Positions 29,101 through 64,000 of a DNA stretch of 64,000 nt are shown in pieces. The stretch covers positions 49,330,788 to 49,394,787 of the forward strand of contig CM120640.1 in the NCBI GenBank assembly GCA_051362555.1, written 5' to 3'. The notes below the pieces were generated by a model. It made no database searches, had not been told where the DNA came from, and worked only from the letters and a program-made list of their open reading frames with translations. Both the position numbers and the translations under genes were made by a program. Position 1 is the first letter of the stretch. Each line of letters begins with the position of its first letter. The stretch is from Lingula anatina. Its lineage: Eukaryota; Animalia; Brachiopoda.

Positions 29101-29526
29101 ACCATTGTCATTTTATAATTTTATCAAATTGGTCAATTTGGTATGTATGCAGCTCTTCATAGACAAAAATGTTAATGCGCAATTAAAGGCCTTTCTATAT
29201 TGTTGTTGGCCAAAAAATATATACATACTATGGCTTATTATTCCTTCAAAATTGTTAATGTAAAGCCTAACATCATAGAAAGGGCTTGGTTAATGATTTT
29301 ATTTCTACTCATTAAATGATGGATATTGTTTATTGTTAGTGTATCATGATGGATGTAACAGAGTAATAGTAACAAACAAATAACATATTGTGATAAAATG
29401 AAATTTTTGATTTGGGTAAATGAAAAATGAACTGCTCAGTTTGATAAAATATGGTTGCTGAGTTCAGCTATTCAAGGATTGTTGTTATTTTTCCAGCTTT
29501 AATGACTTAGCTAAAGCTATTTCACC

Positions 29527-40257
<10,731 letters not shown>

Positions 40258-40633
40258 ACTGTTGTAAAATAACTCTAGAACATCCTGTACAAATACTCAT
40301 CGACATGCTGCAGCATTATCTAGTGTATTTTTTTTTTACAGTCATATTTTGATCACGCGTCTGAAGAATAGTATGGATTTGAAATTGCAATCTGCAAGTG
40401 ATATAAACCTAAGTGATTCGACATTACAGTATTGTTGTAATGACTAATGGGTATGGATAATTAATGAAGCTGCCCAGCTGGTAAAATATAACGGGTTTTG
40501 TAAATTGATTGTTGCAGTTGTAAATATCGTCTTCTGTACATTAGTTGAACTTGAAAGAATTTGTTAAGGTTGCATGGTAAATTATGTGAAAATGTACAAT
40601 ATAATTATACAAAAACTTTGAAAATTATTATTG

Positions 40634-43600
40634 TACCACCAGCGTTAGCGCTGGCGGTACACATGGTTTCGGTCTCGTCCGGATCGTTCCGCCGGCTCCG
40701 CCGGCTCCGCCGGCTCCGCCGGCTCCGCCGGACGGCTACCGTTACCGCTTCTCCTCCTAGACGGTAAGGCCCCCCATACCCATCTCATGGATTTAGGTCA
40801 CCTATAATCTCAACTCGTTCCACGTAAAATTTGGGCTTTGTCGGTATTGGGGTCTGGGTGTGGCACTCATTGCAATGCACCCTTGTCCAAAAATGGCAAA
40901 ATTAAATGCTAATTATCTACCCTACGGAAGGAGTTACGGGAAAATTTTCTACAGACGGCTTTCCAAAAGTCATATGTGTAGATTTCAAATATACCCTCGG
41001 ATTTGACCTTTGACCTTTACTTCAAGGTCAAATGGGCCAAAATTTTCAAAAAAATGAAATTTTTTACGAAAAAAAAAATTTTTGCCCTGTTATTCAGACA
41101 CCACACAGACTTAACCAATAATATTATTGGAAAGTGTTACCCTTCAGGTCATCTTTCATCTCCGTGAATTTGGGGTCAATCGGTGCATTTTCACAGGAGT
41201 AGCGGCCATAAGATACCGAAACTGAAAACTGTCTCTAATTCGGGAACCGTTAATGCTAGAGACCCATTCTTTTTTGCATTTTGTAGAGCATGTAAAGCCC
41301 AACACTGGAGGTGGTCTCGGTTTTTTTGTATTCCATACGGTTTTCGAGTTACGCTGTATCAAAAATTACATATTGGTGGTGAAAGGAAAATGTACGGAAG
41401 CCCACTGGTGCCATATGTAGAAAAAAAAATTATCTCGAAATTTCGAGATACTATTTTGAAATTTGAACAAAAAAATTTACCACCAGCGTTAGCGCTGGCG
41501 GTACACATGGTTTCGGTCCCGTCCGGTCCGTTCCGCCGGCTCCGCCGGACGGCTACCGTTACCGCTTCTCCTCCTAGACGGTAAGGCCCCCCATACCCAT
41601 CTCATGGATTTAGGTCACCTATAATCTCAACTCGTTCCACGTAAAATTTGGGCTTTGTCGGTATTGGGGTCTGGGTGTGGCACTCATTGCAATGCACCCT
41701 TGTCCAAAAATGGCAAAATTAAATGCTAATTATCTACCCTACGGAAGGAGTTACGGGAAAATTTTCTACAGACGGCTTTCCAAAAGTCATATGTGTAGAT
41801 TTCAAATATACCCTCGGATTTGACCTTTGACCTTTACTTCAAGGTCAAATGGGCCAAAATTTTCAAAAAAATGAAATTTTTTACGAAAAAAAAAATTTTT
41901 GCCCTGTTATTCAGACACCACACAGACTTAACCAATAATATTATTGGAAAGTGTTACCCTTCAGGTCATCTTTCATCTCCGTGAATTTGGGGTCAATCGG
42001 TGCATTTTCACAGGAGTAGCGGCCATAAGATACCGAAACTGAAAACTGTCTCTAATTCGGGAACCGTTAATGCTAGAGACCCATTCTTTTTTGCATTTTG
42101 TAGAGCATGTAAAGCCCAACACTGGAGGTGGTCTCGGTTTTTTTGTATTCCATACGGTTTTCGAGTTACGCTGTATCAAAAATTACATATTGGTGGTGAA
42201 AGGAAAATGTACGGAAGCCCACTGGTGCCATATGTAGAAAAAAAAATTATCTCGAAATTTCGAGATACTATTTTGAAATTTGAACAAAAAAATTTACCAC
42301 CAGCGTTAGCGCTGGCGGTACACATGGTTTCGGTCCCGTCCGGTCCGTTCCGCCGGCTCCGCCGGACGGCTACCGTTACCGCTTCTCCTCCTAGACGGTA
42401 AGGCCCCCCATACCCATCTCATGGATTTAGGTCACCTATAATCTCAACTCGTTCCACGTAAAATTTGGGCTTTGTCGGTATTGGGGTCTGGGTGTGGCAC
42501 TCATTGCAATGCACCCTTGTCCAAAAATGGCAAAATTAAATGCTAATTATCTACCCTACGGAAGGAGTTACGGGAAAATTTTCTACAGACGGCTTTCCAA
42601 AAGTCATATGTGTAGATTTCAAATATACCCTCGGATTTGACCTTTGACCTTTACTTCAAGGTCAAATGGGCCAAAATTTTCAAAAAAATGAAATTTTTTA
42701 CGAAAAAAAAAAATTTTTGCCCTGTTATTCAGACACCACACAGACTTAACCAATAATATTATTGGAAAGTGTTACCCTTCAGGTCATCTTTCATCTCCGT
42801 GAATTTGGGGTCAATCGGTGCATTTTCACAGGAGTAGCGGCCATAAGATACCGAAACTGAAAACTGTCTCTAATTCGGGAACCGTTAATGCTAGAGACCC
42901 ATTCTTTTTTGCATTTTGTAGAGCATGTAAAGCCCAACACTGGAGGTGGTCTCGGTTTTTTTGTATTCCATACGGTTTTCGAGTTACGCTGTATCAAAAA
43001 GTACATATTGGTGGTGAAAGGAAAATGTACGGAAGCCCACTGGTGCCATATGTAGAAAAAAAAATTATCTCGAAATTTCGAGATACTATTTTGAAATTTG
43101 AACAAAAAAATTTACCACCAGCGTTAGCGCTGGCGGTACACATGGTTTCGGTCCCGTCCGGTCCGTTCCGCCGGCTCCGCCGGACGGCTACCGTTACCGC
43201 TTCTCCTCCTAGACGGTAAGGCCCCCCATACCCATCTCATGGATTTAGGTCACCTATAATCTCAACTCGTTCCACGTAAAATTTGGGCTTTGTCGGTATT
43301 GGGGTCTGGGTGTGGCACTCATTGCAATGCACCCTTGTCCAAAAATGGCAAAATTAAATGCTAATTATCTACCCTACGGAAGGAGTTACGGGAAAATTTT
43401 CTACAGACGGCTTTCCAAAAGTCATATGTGTAGATTTCAAATATACCCTCGGATTTGACCTTTGACCTTTACTTCAAGGTCAAATGGGCCAAAATTTTCA
43501 AAAAAATGAAATTTTTTACGAAAAAAAAAAATTTTTGCCCTGTTATTCAGACACCACACAGACTTAACCAATAATATTATTGGAAAGTGTTACCCTTCAG

Positions 43601-43930
43601 GTCATCTTTCATCTCCGTGAATTTGGGGTCAATCGGTGCATTTTCACAGGAGTAGCGGCCATAAGATACCGAAACTGAAAACTGTCTCTAATTCGGGAAC
43701 CGTTAATGCTAGAGACCCATTCTTTTTTGCATTTTGTAGAGCATGTAAAGCCCAACACTGGGGGTGGTCTCGGTTTTTTTGTATTCCATACGGTTTTCGA
43801 GTTACGCTGTATCAAAAAGTACATATTGGTGGTGAAAGGAAAATGTACGGAAGCCCACTGGTGCCATATGTAGAAAAAAAAATTATCTCGAAATTTCGAG
43901 ATACTATTTTGAAATTTGAACAAAAAAAAT
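40634..43930 (+). repeat. Tandem array, 4 x ~817 bp (5' part of the HINE)
   Basis: Units start taccaccagcg at 40634, 41478, 42295, 43113 (periods 844, 817, 818); near-identical. Confidence 0.97.
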
Positions 43931-44138
43931 TTTTATCTCGAAATTTCGAGATACTATTTTGAAATTTGAACAAAAAAAATTTTTATCTCGAAATTTCGAG
44001 ATAGCATTTTGATATTTGAGCAAAAAAATTTATCTCGAAATTTCGAGATAGTATTTTGAAATTTGAACAAAAAAAATGCTATCTCGAAATTTCGAGATAA
44101 TTTTTTTTTTCAACATATGGCACCAGTCGGCTTCCGTA
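43846..44138. mobile_element. Nested MITE, TAC..GTA termini, 6-bp TSD AAAATG (IS3EU-like), with internal palindromic ~50-bp repeats
   Basis: aaaatg|tacggaagcccactggtgccatatgt ... acatatggcaccagtcggcttccgta|aaaatg; five copies of the perfect 20-bp palindrome tatctcgaaatttcgagata (43884, 43934, 43984, 44031, 44080). Confidence 0.85.
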
Positions 44139-44384
44139 AAAATGTGCAGTACGGTAATGGATAATAAATTTTGAACTCCGGAAAAATAAAACATAATGCT
44201 TGGCAAAGCAGACAACTTGTGGTCAAAAATGACATTATTTTATCAAATTTAAACTTCTGCAACTTCAGAGAACCTCCCATTTCAAGAACTTTGACCAAAA
44301 TGACCTTTTCTTTATTTTAATTAATTTTTTCTGTAGGAAATTTATGGCACATTATGGTAACTCCAAAATTATAACATTTAGTCC

Positions 44385-45240
44385 CTTATATCTCCAAAAC
44401 TGGCAGAGATAGGTCCATAGTTACTATTGAAGTTGAATAGGAAGTCATATACTGGCAATCTTACTGTGACCTTGACATTGACCTTTGACCTACTTTTCAC
44501 CATGAACTGAACTTTGCAAATTTTGCTTCCCTTTTATCTCCAAAACTGGCAGAGATAGGTCCATAGTTACTATTGAAGTTGAATAGGAAGTCATATACTG
44601 GCAATCTTACTGTGACCTTGAAATTGACCTTTGACCTACTTATCACCATGAACTGAACTTTGCAAATTTTGCTTCCCTTTTATCTCCAAAACTGGCACAG
44701 ATAGGTCCATAGTTACTATTGAACTTGAATAGGAAGTCATATACTGGCAATTTTACTGTGACCTTGAAATTGACCTTTGACCTACTTTTCACCTTGAACT
44801 GAACTTTGCAAAATTTGCTTCCCTTTTATCTCCAAAACTGGCAGAGATAGGTCCATAGTTACTATTGAAGTTGAATAGGAAGTCATATACTGGCAATCTA
44901 AATGTGACCTTGAAATTGACCTTTGACCTACTTTTCACCATGATCTGAACTTTGCAAATTTTGCTTCCCTTTTATCTCCAAAACTGGCAGAGATAGGTCC
45001 ATAGTTACTATTGAAGTTGAATAGGAAGTCATATACTGGCAATCTTACTGTGACCTTGAAATTGACCTTTGACCTACTTTTCACCATGAACTGAACTTTG
45101 CAAATTTTGCTTCCCTTTTATCTCCAAAACTGGCAGAGATAGGTCCATAGTTACTATTGAAGTTGGATAGGAAGTCATATACTGGCAATTTACTGTGACC
45201 TTGAAATTGACCTTTGACCTACCTTACAATGAACTTAACT
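44385..45240 (+). repeat. 146-bp satellite-like tandem array (~5.8 copies) inside the HINE
   Basis: tctccaaaactggc starts at 44391, 44537, 44683, 44829, 44975, 45121. Confidence 0.97.
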
Positions 45241-46073
45241 TTGATTGCACCATTTTTAGTTATATATATTTTTTGCATATTTTGAAAATTCTTGTTGATT
45301 GCATTTTTACAGCTTGTCAAGCACAAGACTGGTGGCTGCACCCCTTATTTTGTGTATGTGGGGGTCTATACGAATGCGCTTGCTCCAGCTGGTGGTACAA
45401 TATTCGGAGGCGGTATCGCCTCTCTGATCCTCTAGTTATTAATTTATTTGTCTGAAAATGTGTTACATGTAGCACAGGCAGCTGTATATGAAATTTTTTG
45501 TTTGGTTTAATAGTATCCAGTGCAATGTACATAAGAGAAAACTTTCTGTATTAAGTTATAATTAAAGAAAAAAGCGTTGCTGTGTTTGCAGCTTTGGGGA
45601 TTGAATTGTAATTAATATCTATAAAGGGCTATGTTTTTCCATAGACCAGTGTCACTAATAAGAGAAGTATTTGACCCTTATGAATATGTAATTTCATATC
45701 TGACAAATGAAATTTTGAATGAATTTATTTACACTTTTGTATCAGCCCCTATAATCTCATGCTTTCCATGTTTTCTTGCCACATTTAAATACCTTGAAAT
45801 AAAAGTTGTCTTAACCTCTTGTGAAGAGTTTGCATTCACAGAAATGCACATCTGTTCATTCCGCGTTAACTCTAAACATTTCTTCAAATTGTTTAAACTG
45901 TCCCAATGCTACTCCATTAACAATGCAATCATGATAATTGCGTAGATAGCTAGTTTGAAGCTGCTGTGGTAGATATACAGGTCATAGATTAGTTTCATTA
46001 ACATTCAGGACTTGGGTTCAAGAGACATTTGGAAGCAAGGACCTGGTATACCACAGAACTTGATCATAAGATT

Positions 46074-49650
<3,577 letters not shown>

Positions 49651-49933
49651 GATGACTTCTGTGAGTTTGCTCGAGGCGGCGCTATTTACAAGACAACCCT
49701 TGTTAATGTGAAGGTGCAGAATACGAATGTTTATGTTGTCAAAATGAAGTGTTTGATTATTATCAAGTAGTCTTTTAACGTTCTAATAAAAGTTTATTTT
49801 TTGTAAAAAGCGTCTATTTTATGGTGTTTTGTGACGTTTTGTGGCCACCTGCACTTCTGACATGGAGAGTCACGTGATCTTGAAAAAATATGGCCGATGG
49901 ACACGCATCCTTTTCCAACCGGGTGCAAACAAT
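49651..49933. promoter_or_regulatory. Bidirectional promoter plus 5' UTRs of COPS5 and ARFGEF
   Basis: 283 bp between divergent start codons; local CpG enrichment; E-box GTCACGTGAT (49869-78), half-CRE GTGACGT (49831), YY1-like AAATATGGCCG. Confidence 0.8.
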
Positions 49934-63773
<13,840 letters not shown>

Positions 63774-64000
63774 GTAATGACTTGATTTTATACATGATGT
63801 AATCTTCTTTCGCCATCCAGCACCTTGGTGTCTGTTGAGCCAAATCTGTGGGGTCCATAGATGTTTAAATTTTTTATGAATTGTGTGGCTTTTATGATTA
63901 TGCCGAGGAAGCTGTGAAGATTTGTTATTATTATGACTATTTGTTGGATGGCTTTTGCTGTAATCCCTATATTTGCAAATCATACATTTGTCTGTGTTTT

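Larger units (their letters stand above)
40629..45437 (+). mobile_element. Non-autonomous Helentron/HINE (DINE-1-like) rolling-circle element, composite
   Basis: 15-bp subterminal inverted repeats tattgtaccaccagc (40629-43) / gctggtggtacaata (45388-402); 5' stem-loop gtaccaccagcg-ttag-cgctggcggtac; (ccgccggct)n microsatellite; central tandem arrays; 3' hairpin gaggcg-gtat-cgcctc (45407-22); ends ctagtt in T-rich flanks with no evident TSD. Confidence 0.85.

Noticed and set aside
41156-43962. Repeated 133-aa, 68-aa and 104-aa ORFs
   Set aside because: They recur only because of the 817-bp tandem unit, cross the MITE junction and show no recognisable domain.
43884-44100. CRISPR-like look of regularly spaced palindromes
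   Set aside because: Spacers are near-identical to each other, the context is eukaryotic, there are no cas genes, and the array lies within TIRs and a TSD.
49841-49933. N-terminal extension of ARFGEF from GTG 49841 or ATG 49862
   Set aside because: Similarity to BIG proteins begins at [12 protein letters not shown] (49934); the upstream part overlaps promoter motifs.

Overview
AT-rich animal (probably invertebrate) genomic DNA with spliceosomal introns. 1-19 kb is gene-poor: microsatellites, a dead Tc1-type transposase, two RTE-type LINE fragments and MITEs. Four intron-containing genes follow: an SLC22 organic-ion transporter (+), a very long KDM4/JMJD2 histone demethylase (+, ~1900 aa, with a 3-kb low-complexity exon), COPS5/CSN5 (-) and ARFGEF1/2 (BIG-type Sec7 Arf-GEF, +, running off the window end). 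COPS5 and ARFGEF are head-to-head with only ~280 bp between start codons. Highlights: (1) a 4.8-kb composite non-autonomous Helentron (HINE-like) just after the KDM4 stop codon, whose 5' end is tandemly repeated 4 times, breaks inside a nested 6-bp-TSD palindromic MITE, and also carries a 146-bp satellite with perfect nuclear-receptor DR1 sites; (2) two paralogous intronic box C/D snoRNA candidates in ARFGEF with a compensatory base-pair change and an identical 21-nt guide; (3) a sharp CpG-rich/CpG-poor mosaic. Exon coordinates were read by eye and may be off by a few bases; family assignments come from recalled motifs, not database searches.
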